A stretch of 41,769 bases of DNA from a virus, in IMG/VR virus record IMGVR_UViG_3300046513_000210, positions 1-41,769 of that record. The stretch is one strand, 5' to 3'. The translations under genes were made by a program, and so were the position numbers. The notes below the pieces were generated by a model. It was not told the origin of the DNA, made no database searches, and saw only the letters and a list, made by a program, of their open reading frames with translations. How positions within the stretch are numbered: position 1 is the stretch's first letter; the number at the start of each line of letters is the position of its first letter. This document shows positions 1 through 8,601 of the stretch, piece after piece.

Positions 1-127
1 CCGTGGATCTCGATCTGTTCTGCTGCGCCCATGCTTTCCTCCAGGCATAAAAAAACCGCCTCTCGGGCGGCCGTCGTGCTGCTGTCTGCTTACACCTTGT
101 CTTCGGCCATGATCGAGGCCGAGATGA
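1..127. repeat. Terminal direct repeat, identical to 41643-41769 (assembly overlap of a circular molecule)
   Basis: Both ends were compared base by base and are the same 127-mer. It carries the 5' end of the J gene and the 3' end of the I gene, so I and J are adjacent across the junction. Confidence 0.95.
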
Positions 128-683
128 TCATCCCGCCCCACCGGCGTTCGCCGATGCAGATCGGTACCGGATTGCCGCTGGCCGTTGTGTTTTTGGCACT
201 GCCGAAGGCGTAGGACGGTGAATTTTCAGGGGATGCGCTCTGTTTCAGGCCGGAGGCTTGAGGGCTGAGCATTTGAATCACGCCTCCCAAAACCAGTGAT
301 GCGCCCAGTGAGTGCCCCCAACCTTGCATACCAGGAACAAAAGACGCAGCTACGAAGATCACAGCACCTATGATCGTTTGAAGAAGACCAGCACGTTTGC
401 TGCCGCCGATGATTGGAACAATCCGCACCTCTTTGACTCCGCCTAAATCAAACTCACTTTGACCCACATTTTCCCCGTTCCGAAAGATAGCAAACCTCAT
501 TCCCAGCAGGTCTAATCGCCTGATTTCTTCTGCGAATCCCGGAACGGTAGCCCTCAGCGCGGCGAACACTTCCTTCACGCTCCCGCCATCCAAAAGCCGG
601 CGATGAACCCGCCCAAACTTCCTGACTAATGGGCCTGACAGCTTAATAGTTGTCATGGGTGTGTAATGAACTGCTGCGGACAT
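90..683 (-). CDS. I: Tail assembly protein I (lambda gpI family)
   Basis: ORF 90..701. IKLSGPLVRKFGR... aligns by eye with lambda gpI ICLYGDLQRFGR, and there is a hydrophobic Gly-rich middle. Start set at ATG 683, preceded by GGAGGGAAAGGC; ATG 656 is an alternative. Confidence 0.85.
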   Translation of the reverse strand: MSAAVHYTPMTTIKLSGPLVRKFGRVHRRLLDGGSVKEVFAALRATVPGFAEEIRRLDLLGMRFAIFRNGENVGQSEFDLGGVKEVRIVPIIGGSKRAGLLQTIIGAVIFVAASFVPGMQGWGHSLGASLVLGGVIQMLSPQASGLKQSASPENSPSYAFGSAKNTTASGNPVPICIGERRWGGMIISASIMAEDKV

Positions 684-700
684 GCCTTTCCCTCCGGGCA

Positions 701-725
701 ATAAAAAGCCGCCTATTAGGCGGCC
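701..725 (-). terminator. Intrinsic-terminator-like hairpin after the lipoprotein gene
   Basis: Minus strand reads GGCCGCC-TAATA-GGCGGC followed by TTTTTAT. Confidence 0.6.
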
Positions 726-743
726 TGTGTAAAGCTCTTTCTA

Positions 744-1088
744 TTAGAGGCAGCTCTTCACCGCCCCCTCAATGGCCGTGCGACCAATTCCTGGCATCCA
801 CGCCACGCGCTGATAAAAGGCCACAGAACTACCGTTTGCAGTTTTCTTTATCTCAAGCAATTCGTCAGTCATCTGCATCGCACCAATAACAATCCGATAA
901 CCGTTTTCAGTCTCCGACATGACTGCCTCAGAGCGAGCGTCCTGCCATTTCGGGAAAACACAGACTGCATATTCTTTCGGTGACTTCTTAGTGGTAGCCG
1001 TCGTGGTCGGTGTATTGCTCTTCAGGTCGGTTGGCGAAACGCACCCCGCCAACAGCACTACCGCCAACGCTCCTAGGATCAATTTCAT
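744..1088 (-). CDS. Small lipoprotein (moron-like insert between K and I)
   Basis: MKLILGALAVVLLAGC has a signal peptide plus an LLAGC lipobox. AAGGAG lies 7 nt upstream of ATG 1088. Lambda has no gene at this position. Confidence 0.8.
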   Translation of the reverse strand: MKLILGALAVVLLAGCVSPTDLKSNTPTTTATTKKSPKEYAVCVFPKWQDARSEAVMSETENGYRIVIGAMQMTDELLEIKKTANGSSVAFYQRVAWMPGIGRTAIEGAVKSCL

Positions 1089-1120
1089 GCAAGTCACTCC
1101 TTTGGAAATGACCAACGATA

Positions 1121-1876
1121 TCACCGCGCGCCCTTATGGCGCAGCACCAGCCGCGTACGATCAAGCCAAGGGCCGCCGAAAACAATCACCTCAGACGGAC
1201 GACCGTACAGATGGTGCAACAGGAAGGGCCCCGGGCCGAACGTCGCGGCTTCCTCGCCCGGCAATGCCGGATCAGCACCAAGAAAGATCCCGGCGTGGTT
1301 CGGGTAAACCGTGCGCCCCACTTCCATCACGATCATGTCACCGCGCTGCGGCTGGTCGACCCGATAGAAACCCGCTGCTTCGTAATTCGCCTCGTACAGA
1401 CTGGTGCTGTCCTTGCTCTCCCACCAACCATCGGCGCGCTTGAAAGCTTCGAACTCAAGCCCCCACTCGCGCTTGTACCAATCAGCGCAAACCTGCCAGC
1501 AGTCCCACGCGCCATGCACGAACGGGCGTTTCAGTAGCGAGACGTCACCAGTCGGGACGATGGTGCGCAGATCGCCCTCGGGCCAACTCAGGATATGCCA
1601 GGGCATGGCAGTGGCTTCGCACATGGCAAGATCGCGCGGTGACGGGCGGCTGGTGGCATCCGGATGTGAATGAACTATGCCGATTACTTCGCCGATATCC
1701 TCAGCCGCCGTGTACTGCTCTGGATCAATTCGAAATTCTTCTTTCGGCTCGGTCGAGATGTTGTTGCAGGGGAAGTACTGCTGCCTGCGCCCGATCGCCA
1801 GCAGAAGCCCGCAGCACTCCTTTGGATACTCTGCTGCGGCGTGTTCCTGGATCGCATTCAAGATGTGCTTTCGCAT
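1121..1876 (-). CDS. K: Tail tip assembly protein K (MPN/JAB plus NlpC/P60 domains)
   Basis: JAMM motif in IVHSHPDATSRPSPRD. NlpC/P60-type Cys (CWQVCADWY) and His (HAGIFLG). Position is between L and I. Confidence 0.9.
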   Translation of the reverse strand: MRKHILNAIQEHAAAEYPKECCGLLLAIGRRQQYFPCNNISTEPKEEFRIDPEQYTAAEDIGEVIGIVHSHPDATSRPSPRDLAMCEATAMPWHILSWPEGDLRTIVPTGDVSLLKRPFVHGAWDCWQVCADWYKREWGLEFEAFKRADGWWESKDSTSLYEANYEAAGFYRVDQPQRGDMIVMEVGRTVYPNHAGIFLGADPALPGEEAATFGPGPFLLHHLYGRPSEVIVFGGPWLDRTRLVLRHKGAR

Positions 1877-1877
1877 G

Positions 1878-2627
1878 TCAGCTCCTTGCGATCAGGGAAA
1901 CAGCCGGGAAGCCGCCGAACGGGAGCGGATTGCCTTCGCCGAAGCGCGGTATGCAGCCCTTGCCCAATGTGGCGTCGCACTGATCCAGTTCGGGGTTGTC
2001 AGTGACGACACCATCCTTTGTCACATATGGCCCGGTATAGCCGCAGCTCGGCCCGCGGTAGCCGCCGGTGAGACACCAGTGACACAAGGTCGTTGCCTGC
2101 CGGCCGATGGATTCGTTACCAACATCGCCCGGGCTGGCCAACTCCCAGCTGACATTTTCTCCGTCCTCATTCGTTTTCTGGTCGATGTACCAGACTTCAA
2201 TCGTTTCTTGGGTTGGGTCGGCCGTAGGGTTGCCGGCGGGGAAGTTAACCGCGTCAAGGTACGTGCCCAGCGTGTGCCGCATCGTCAACTTGAACTCGAG
2301 CAAATCGGCGAAGGCCAAGCAAAGCGCAGTGATACGGCCATTGACGTTGCCAACGGAAAGCGTCGGCCGCACCGCCGTACCGTCGCCGTTCGCTTCGATG
2401 CCATCAATCTGCATCGGCCAGGCGCCGTACCCATTGCCCTGCCAGTAAATCGCTTTGGCCGGAAGCTGGTCGGCATCGGCGCCAGCGGCGATGAGCTCGG
2501 CCGGTGTGTGCGGAATCGAGTGCCCATGAAAGCGCAGCACGTCTGCACCGTAATCCGTGCCGTCCAATTCAAAGAGCAGCACTTCGCTGCCAGGCTCTAG
2601 CACCTGGATGTCACTGATCAGCGGCAT
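1878..2627 (-). CDS. L: Minor tail protein L (lambda gpL family)
   Basis: 249 aa with a C-terminal Cys cluster (CHWCLTGGYRGPSCGY...CDATLGKGC) typical of gpL. Synteny M-L-K. Confidence 0.9.
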   Translation of the reverse strand: MPLISDIQVLEPGSEVLLFELDGTDYGADVLRFHGHSIPHTPAELIAAGADADQLPAKAIYWQGNGYGAWPMQIDGIEANGDGTAVRPTLSVGNVNGRITALCLAFADLLEFKLTMRHTLGTYLDAVNFPAGNPTADPTQETIEVWYIDQKTNEDGENVSWELASPGDVGNESIGRQATTLCHWCLTGGYRGPSCGYTGPYVTKDGVVTDNPELDQCDATLGKGCIPRFGEGNPLPFGGFPAVSLIARS

Positions 2628-2636
2628 GATTGCCTC

Positions 2637-2975
2637 TTATGGAAGAAACGATTGTGTGAAGGTTGTCGCCAGCGTGAAGACGCCGGCGCCGTTCGGGGTA
2701 ATGGTTGGAGCGGTCGCCCGAAAGAAAGAAAGCTGACCGAGGGGTGGCGTCCAGAAGAACGACTTGTGCCCGGCATGACGATCAAGGAACGCCTTGATCT
2801 GCACCGCGACCGCCTCTTTCACGACGAAGGTCAGCGGCCAGGAGTCGACCCGGTTGTTCGGGCCGTCCCCCACCACCTGCTCATAACCGCTGCCGAATTT
2901 AGAGCTGCGGTTCCGATACTCCGGCGCGCTGGTGGGAGACACCAATGGGCACCAAGTGAAAGTCTCAACGGCCAT
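2637..2975 (-). CDS. M: Minor tail protein M (lambda gpM family)
   Basis: 112 aa. FGSGYEQ...FLDRHAGHKSFFWTPP parallels lambda gpM FGDGYSQ...FLEEHGGWKSFLWTPP. Confidence 0.9.
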   Translation of the reverse strand: MAVETFTWCPLVSPTSAPEYRNRSSKFGSGYEQVVGDGPNNRVDSWPLTFVVKEAVAVQIKAFLDRHAGHKSFFWTPPLGQLSFFRATAPTITPNGAGVFTLATTFTQSFLP

Positions 2976-5886
2976 TTACGAGCCTCCAGATTGATCCGCC
3001 GGGCTGGCTTTCTTTCGCGATTTCCTGCTGCGCGCCGCGGCGCGCGACGTCCGCATAAGCCTGACCAAGCGCCTGCGAATCCTGCGGAGTTGCACCAGAG
3101 TCCGCGCTTTGAATGGCGAACGATTGCTGGATAACCACACCAGGTGCGGACGCGGCCCCGCCGGATCCTGCAGATGAACCGACGAAACCGCCATCGGCAT
3201 AGCCTTTGCCGTTTTTGTTGAGATGTTCGAGGTAGCGCCGCATACCGGGCTGCTGAACCACTTCCTTCCGGATCACCACTTCGCCGCCGTGAACAACCCC
3301 TTTTGGCTCAAACTTCCCACCATCCCCGGTGTACCCACCATCGGAGAAGCCGTAGGCACTGGTGTAACCAGCGGCGGTGCTGCCGGCTGATGTTGGTGCC
3401 GCGCCCCCACCGCCGAATGCTGAGCCGATCGCACTACCCGCAACGCTGGCAAATACATTCGAAGCTGCCGACTGCAAGGCCATCTTGGCGATCATCTTCG
3501 CGAAGCTGGTCGCGACATCCTTGAAGGTCATGTCGGCGCCGAAGGCCCACTCGACAGCCGAATCTGTGAGGCCGTCGTACAGAGAGCTGAATGCCTGTCT
3601 CGTTTGGCTGGTCAGGTCTCGGGCGTTGTCGACGTAATTATTGAAAGCATCCGAAGCGCCATCGACCCAGCTTCCCTGGGCTTCGTCCTGACGGTTGTAA
3701 AAGTCCTGCTGCAACACCATCCGTTCGGCCAAGGCCTCCTTGAGCAAACCGGTTTCCTTGTCGTACAGCTCTTTAGTGATGTCGCCGGAGTTCATCTGTT
3801 TTTGCAGGTCAGCCATCTGCTGGTTGTAGTCCTGCTGAATGGCGATATCTTCGCGCAGCCGATCGCGGGCTTTGTCGCCCATGCCGGCGCCGGCCAGTTC
3901 CATATCGAATCCGGAACGGGTCGTGTCGTTGGCTGATTTCAAAGTTGCTGCGAAGGCTGCGGCTTTCGCTTCTTCCTCGTTGGCAACCTTAAGGCTTTGC
4001 AAGGCGTCGATCTCGGCGGCCAGTCCCTGCAAGCGCTTTTGCTGATCAGCATTCAGACCGGTCAGCTTGCCGGACGCAAGTTCGAACCTGAGCTTGTCAG
4101 TCTCGGTGGCCTTTTTCTGCGCAACCGCACTGGTGTCGATGAGCGCGATCTGCCGCTGGTAATCCGTTGCTGCGTCGTCGCCACGTTTCGCCAGCGCCTT
4201 TGCTTCAGTTTCTGCAGCCTTCGAGGCCTGCAAGGCTTCGGCGGCGTATTTTTTCTGAGCGTCGACTGCCGCTTCACTGGCATCCAAGGTTTTCGCCTTG
4301 GAAATCAACAAATCAGCCTCACCCTGCTTGAGGCCTGTTACCAGACCAGCGCCAATTCGCGCTGCCAGCTTGTCAGCGTTGGTCTTCTTGCCGGTGAGCA
4401 GGATCTGTTCATCGAGACCTTTCGCGAGTTCCTTAAACGCCTTCGACTGCTCGACGGAAACCGGAGATTCGATGATGCCGTTAAGCACCTTGATCTGGTT
4501 GCCATAGGCCTCAACCTTTTGGCGAGCCCCGTCAAGTTCAGCCTGTGCAGAAATCAGCGCTTCATTCCACTCTTGCTGACGGGAGTCATCAGGATGGTCA
4601 CGCAACAGTCGCTGGTATTGCGATACGGAGCTTTCCGCATCGATCGCGAGAAGCTGGGCATCCATCAAATCCTTGTTGATGTCCTGCAGCGCACCGGCGG
4701 CCTGATTCTTCGTGAACCCGTCAAACGACTGATTCAACAGGTCGACCTTCTGGCCGAGCGAAGTTGCTGATTCCTCTGCGTCGTCCCCGCTCATAGCGAA
4801 GTACGCCAGCGCGCTCGCCGCCAGCAGAGCGACCCCAACCGGGCCACCCAACAAAGCCATGGCAGCAGAGGCACCCCGAGCAGCTACGCCGACACCAACA
4901 AGTCCGGCAGCGGTTGCGGGAGCAACGCCAGCCATACGAGCCAGCGCCAACTGATAGCGCACCGCTTCCACCTGAGCCATTGCGAACGCCGCGCCGCTAG
5001 CAACTGCACCAGCAGCAAGGCGTGTGGCCAAGACTACCGCCAGCGCTGTCGCCGCCTGAGCGGTAAGGCCCAGTGCAGTTCGTGCCGCCGGAGAACCAAG
5101 CGCGGTGTTCACTGCCTCAATGGCAGAGCGCGCGCCGTCGAGACCGCCCTCGCCAGTCAGAAGTCCGGCAATGGTGTTGCGCAGCGCATCAAGCGAACCG
5201 CCAAACGTGTCGCGAGCAGCGGCTGCCGCACCGCCGTAGGACTCTTCGAGAGCTTTGAGGATGATGCCTTGGGCGCCCGCGATATCGCCGGTCGATTCCA
5301 TGGCTTCAGCCAGTTTCTTCTGATCTTCCGTGAACCTGAAACCCTGCTTACTCAGCGCGCCGAGTCCATCGGTTGGCACATCAAGTGCCCGTCCGATCGT
5401 CTCGGCGGCCTGTACAACACTCGTTCCGGTACGTGCCGCCATGTCTGACGCGGACTTCAATGCCCGAGTAAACTGGTCGCCGACGATGCCGGTGAATGCC
5501 AGAAGCGCGGTCTGCGCCTGGTTGATGTCGCCCCCAGAAAAGGTAGTCGCCTTTTCCATAGCGTCGGCCATGTCGTTCAACTGATCACGGCTGAACCCTG
5601 CGGCCTCTCCGGTGGACTTCAAGACAGCAGCCAACTGAGCCTGTTCTTTTTCTGCGTCGCGAGTTTCCGTGATGAAACTGGTCAGCACGGCGCCAGCGGA
5701 GAAACCAGCGACGGCGCCGGCGATCACCTCGCTAAGTGCGCTCCATGCCAACGAAGCGCCGTTGGCTGCCTCGGCAATTCCTTTGCCGGATTTGCGCGCC
5801 GAAGCTTCGGCCTTTTCGAGCGGAGCGGTGAAACCACCGATACGCGCGATGAGGTCGAGCGTCAGCGTGCCCAGTGTATTGGCCAT
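2965..5886 (-). CDS. Tail tape measure protein
   Basis: 973 aa, Ala/Gly-rich helical protein with hydrophobic central segments. Position is between G-T and M. Confidence 0.92.
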   Translation of the reverse strand: MANTLGTLTLDLIARIGGFTAPLEKAEASARKSGKGIAEAANGASLAWSALSEVIAGAVAGFSAGAVLTSFITETRDAEKEQAQLAAVLKSTGEAAGFSRDQLNDMADAMEKATTFSGGDINQAQTALLAFTGIVGDQFTRALKSASDMAARTGTSVVQAAETIGRALDVPTDGLGALSKQGFRFTEDQKKLAEAMESTGDIAGAQGIILKALEESYGGAAAAARDTFGGSLDALRNTIAGLLTGEGGLDGARSAIEAVNTALGSPAARTALGLTAQAATALAVVLATRLAAGAVASGAAFAMAQVEAVRYQLALARMAGVAPATAAGLVGVGVAARGASAAMALLGGPVGVALLAASALAYFAMSGDDAEESATSLGQKVDLLNQSFDGFTKNQAAGALQDINKDLMDAQLLAIDAESSVSQYQRLLRDHPDDSRQQEWNEALISAQAELDGARQKVEAYGNQIKVLNGIIESPVSVEQSKAFKELAKGLDEQILLTGKKTNADKLAARIGAGLVTGLKQGEADLLISKAKTLDASEAAVDAQKKYAAEALQASKAAETEAKALAKRGDDAATDYQRQIALIDTSAVAQKKATETDKLRFELASGKLTGLNADQQKRLQGLAAEIDALQSLKVANEEEAKAAAFAATLKSANDTTRSGFDMELAGAGMGDKARDRLREDIAIQQDYNQQMADLQKQMNSGDITKELYDKETGLLKEALAERMVLQQDFYNRQDEAQGSWVDGASDAFNNYVDNARDLTSQTRQAFSSLYDGLTDSAVEWAFGADMTFKDVATSFAKMIAKMALQSAASNVFASVAGSAIGSAFGGGGAAPTSAGSTAAGYTSAYGFSDGGYTGDGGKFEPKGVVHGGEVVIRKEVVQQPGMRRYLEHLNKNGKGYADGGFVGSSAGSGGAASAPGVVIQQSFAIQSADSGATPQDSQALGQAYADVARRGAQQEIAKESQPGGSIWRLVNGR

Positions 5887-5934
5887 TTAGGACTCCAAGT
5901 GACACACCCTTTCGGGCTTACGAAAGGATTTCGC

Positions 5935-6569
5935 TCAACCCCACGACTTGATCGCTTCCTCCAGTGTTACTGGACGTTCTGACTCGTGCGGCATGAAGTC
6001 CACAACGGTGTAACCACCATGCTGGGTGTGCGTGTTGGCGTAGAGGCTGGCCAGCATTGCCGTGCCATACTCGATCCGCGTACCGAAGTTGAGTGAGCCG
6101 CGCTTGGCGCGGTACCTCACCCAACTCCGGAACTCGGTGAGGCTCATGCGCTCTTGGGCTTCCGCGATCGTGGCGCCGATCGAGATTGCGATTTCGTGCC
6201 AGAGCTCGTCGGTGTCGGTGAGCTCTTCGTCTTTCCCAGCTGCGTTACCTCGCCAATTGCCGAGAGCAACGCTTTGGAAAGTTCGCTGTTCAGCTCGCCG
6301 CGCTCCGGATCAGCCTCGCCGGTGATGTCGCCCACCGTGAAAACCGGTACGCCTGCTTCGTCGCAGATGCACGCGGCAATGCGGCCCGCCGCGCCGTCTT
6401 GCTTGCCGAACGACGAAAGCACGTCGCTGACAGCAGACCGATAACCCAGAGGGCGAACGAAGACCGTCGCCTTCAGTTCGGTTCCGTTCTGGAACCAGAC
6501 GATTTCCTTTTCAACGGGACGGCCAGTAAACGCCCCGTTGTCCATCAGTGTTTTGATACTCAGCTGCAT
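5935..6569 (-). CDS. Tail assembly chaperone G-T fusion made by a -1 programmed frameshift
   Basis: Slipping at G GGA AAG (6237..6231) continues as GAC GAA GAG ... with no stop, and runs into the 70-aa ORF 5935..6147. The junction was translated by hand. Confidence 0.85.
6144..6569 (-). CDS. Tail assembly chaperone (gpG analogue)
   Basis: 141-aa ORF directly upstream of the tape measure. The sequence after LGK looks like out-of-frame filler. Confidence 0.85.
   Translation of the reverse strand: MQLSIKTLMDNGAFTGRPVEKEIVWFQNGTELKATVFVRPLGYRSAVSDVLSSFGKQDGAAGRIAACICDEAGVPVFTVGDITGEADPERGELNSELSKALLSAIGEVTQLGKTKSSPTPTSSGTKSQSRSAPRSRKPKSA
6231..6237 (-). promoter_or_regulatory. Slippery heptamer GGGAAAG in X XXY YYZ phase
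   Basis: The zero frame reads CTG GGA AAG. This is the same heptamer as the lambda G/G-T site. Confidence 0.85.
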
Positions 6570-6578
6570 AGCGGCGCC

Positions 6579-7313
6579 TTAAACGTTCGTGGTTTTGCGA
6601 ATCCAGGCAGAGCCGCCCGAACGCTGGATGGTTGCAGCCGTTGTTACGACGGCGTTCGCGGAGAAATCGAACGGAAAGTCGGAGACGTAGCCGTCGAACA
6701 CGTACCAAGTGCGGCCATTCGGAAGCACAAAGTCATCACTTTCGGAGAGATCCGCAGTGGCTGTTGCGCCAGTGCCAGCCCCGCCAGTGAGCGCGATGGT
6801 CGGATTCGAGGTGTAGCCGGAGCCAGGGTTGGTGATGTTGAATCCAGTCACAGAACCGCTGCTGATGGTCGCGGTGGCAGTAGCACCGGTGCCGCCGCCG
6901 CCAGTGATCGCCACGGTCGGCGCAGTCGTGTAGCCGGTGCCGCCAGCCGTGAGGCTGATTTCCGCCAGCGAGCCAGCGGCGGCAACGGTCGGCTCGATGC
7001 CGGTGCCATCCGACCAACCGACAGCCCAGTGGATGTTTTCGATGCTGTCGTCTTCTGACAGTTGATGAAGGCGAACGTGAGAGGCGTTGCGTGGATCAGC
7101 GTTCAGCGTCAAGGACGCCTGACCAGGCGTGCGGAGGCCGCGCATGTAGGTACGCACCTTGCCGCTGAGGCAGGTGGTTTCGATCTGGTCGGCAGGGTTG
7201 CCGCCGGGGCTGAACGCGGTAGCGCACTCAATCTCGAGGATTTCAAACACTGCTGGGTTCGCAGCCGATGGCACGAGCGCGTAGATCTGGGTTCCTTGGG
7301 AAAGGATCGACAT
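6579..7313 (-). CDS. Major tail (tube) protein with an internal Gly-rich repeat insertion
   Basis: Start ATG 7313 is preceded by GGAGAATGCC. Position is upstream of the chaperones. Residues ~108-190 form two copies of GxGYTxxPT(V/I)AxTGG(G/A)GTGATATA. Confidence 0.85.
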   Translation of the reverse strand: MSILSQGTQIYALVPSAANPAVFEILEIECATAFSPGGNPADQIETTCLSGKVRTYMRGLRTPGQASLTLNADPRNASHVRLHQLSEDDSIENIHWAVGWSDGTGIEPTVAAAGSLAEISLTAGGTGYTTAPTVAITGGGGTGATATATISSGSVTGFNITNPGSGYTSNPTIALTGGAGTGATATADLSESDDFVLPNGRTWYVFDGYVSDFPFDFSANAVVTTAATIQRSGGSAWIRKTTNV

Positions 7314-7334
7314 GGCATTCTCCAAATGTCGGGC

Positions 7335-7360
7335 ACAAAAAAGCCCGCACTCGGCGGGCT
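7335..7360 (-). terminator. Terminator-like hairpin just upstream of the major tail gene
   Basis: Minus strand reads AGCCCGC-CGAGT-GCGGGCT followed by TTTTTTG. Confidence 0.55.
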
Positions 7361-7377
7361 GGTTCAGGGGGTGTGGG

Positions 7378-7746
7378 TTATCGGCGGACGATCCAGTCCA
7401 CACTGAAGCTGTAGCGGTATCGGCCCGTTTCGGGGTCGCGGGTCTCTCCGTTGTAGTTGGAGACAGAAGCGGAAAGCTCCACGGCGTACTCCAGTGCTTG
7501 CCCAGCAGCGCGAGCCTCAGACGCTGTGGCAGCATAAACGTCTATCTGCAAGGCATGACTCTCCACATCGGGTCGGCCAGCCAGATAGTTATCCGGCGAA
7601 CCGTTGATGACTTGCCACACGCAATACGTCCCGACGGGTTTATCCGGCGCCAACCCGAAGAGATACAACCGTGTCGGATTCGAACCGAGCAACGCAGTGA
7701 CCGCAGGGTCGGCGGTAGCAACCTGAAAAATCGGTGGATATTTCAT
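7378..7746 (-). CDS. Tail terminator / tail completion protein (DUF3168-like)
   Basis: 122 aa. Synteny is between the gp10-like protein and the major tail protein. Confidence 0.75.
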   Translation of the reverse strand: MKYPPIFQVATADPAVTALLGSNPTRLYLFGLAPDKPVGTYCVWQVINGSPDNYLAGRPDVESHALQIDVYAATASEARAAGQALEYAVELSASVSNYNGETRDPETGRYRYSFSVDWIVRR

Positions 7747-8273
7747 TTTCCGGCCTTCTTGGCTGCACGCCTTATTGCGCGATCAATCGCCCTTTCGTAT
7801 TCGGAAATAAATGCGTCTGTGGCCGCTGCAATGTTCTCCGCAAGAGCGTTGCGCATGAATGGCTGCGCGGCCATTTTGGCGGTACCGAACTCAAGGAATC
7901 TCCAGTAGTAGGTATCGCCGCCGGGGTTACCAGAATCACCGCCAACCTCGTAGGTTCCGCCTGCGCGACCGCGCCTGGTGTGATAGTTGTTCTTCTGTTT
8001 GGCACCGCCCAATATCCCGACGCGAAAGCCGAGATCACCCCGCTGCTTGAACAATCTGCCATTCCAGCGCAGCGTTATGTTCTTTGCGATCTCTCTGCTG
8101 GTCTCAGGGTCGTTGAGACGCTCCGCACCTTGGCGAGCCGCACCAGCAACCAACTGGGCCGCTTTTCTGAGAGCGGCCCGGCCGCCCTTACGCCTCACGT
8201 CGTAGCTGACCGCATCGAGCTTACCCAAAAGCGAGTCCAGTCCCTCAAGCCTGAACTCAATATCTTCAGCCAT
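7743..8273 (-). CDS. HK97 gp10-family neck/tail-attachment protein
   Basis: The N-terminus MAEDIEFRLEGLDSLLGKLDAV... is typical of this family. ATGA-type overlaps with both neighbours. Confidence 0.8.
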   Translation of the reverse strand: MAEDIEFRLEGLDSLLGKLDAVSYDVRRKGGRAALRKAAQLVAGAARQGAERLNDPETSREIAKNITLRWNGRLFKQRGDLGFRVGILGGAKQKNNYHTRRGRAGGTYEVGGDSGNPGGDTYYWRFLEFGTAKMAAQPFMRNALAENIAAATDAFISEYERAIDRAIRRAAKKAGK

Positions 8274-8601
8274 CGTTGACCCCTTCGCTGCATGGCAACG
8301 TCAGATACTCGAGGCCGCTTTTGGGATCAGGCAGTACGCCCTCAATGTTGTATACCTTGCCTCGATGGATGATGCGCATCGTGGAGTTCACACCAGCACG
8401 GCTTCGAATACCGATACGCGCCGTGACCTCCGCTTGAGTATCTGCCGCCGAGATGAACTCACGCGCTGAAAGGGGCTCGACGCTGGCGGGCACCTTTATC
8501 CAGACATCGATCCAATCTTTGATCATTTCCCCTGAGACAGGATCCTGAGTAAAAACTGGTTTTTGGAAATCAATTCGTTGTCTAAGTTTGCCCGCCCTCA
8601 T
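8266..8601 (-). CDS. Head closure / head-tail adaptor protein
   Basis: MRAGKLRQRIDFQKP...RIIHRGKVYNIEGV matches the head-tail joining family pattern. ATGA overlap with the upstream gene at 8601. Confidence 0.8.
   Translation of the reverse strand: MRAGKLRQRIDFQKPVFTQDPVSGEMIKDWIDVWIKVPASVEPLSAREFISAADTQAEVTARIGIRSRAGVNSTMRIIHRGKVYNIEGVLPDPKSGLEYLTLPCSEGVNDG

Noticed and set aside
31-213. 60-aa plus-strand ORF at the window start
   Set aside because: It overlaps the I gene and the I-J hairpin on the opposite strand, and has no RBS.
6736-7017. 93-aa His/Arg/Trp-rich ORF in an alternative frame of the major tail gene
   Set aside because: It is a frame artefact of the GGT/GCC-rich repeat DNA. 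It has no RBS and its composition is implausible.
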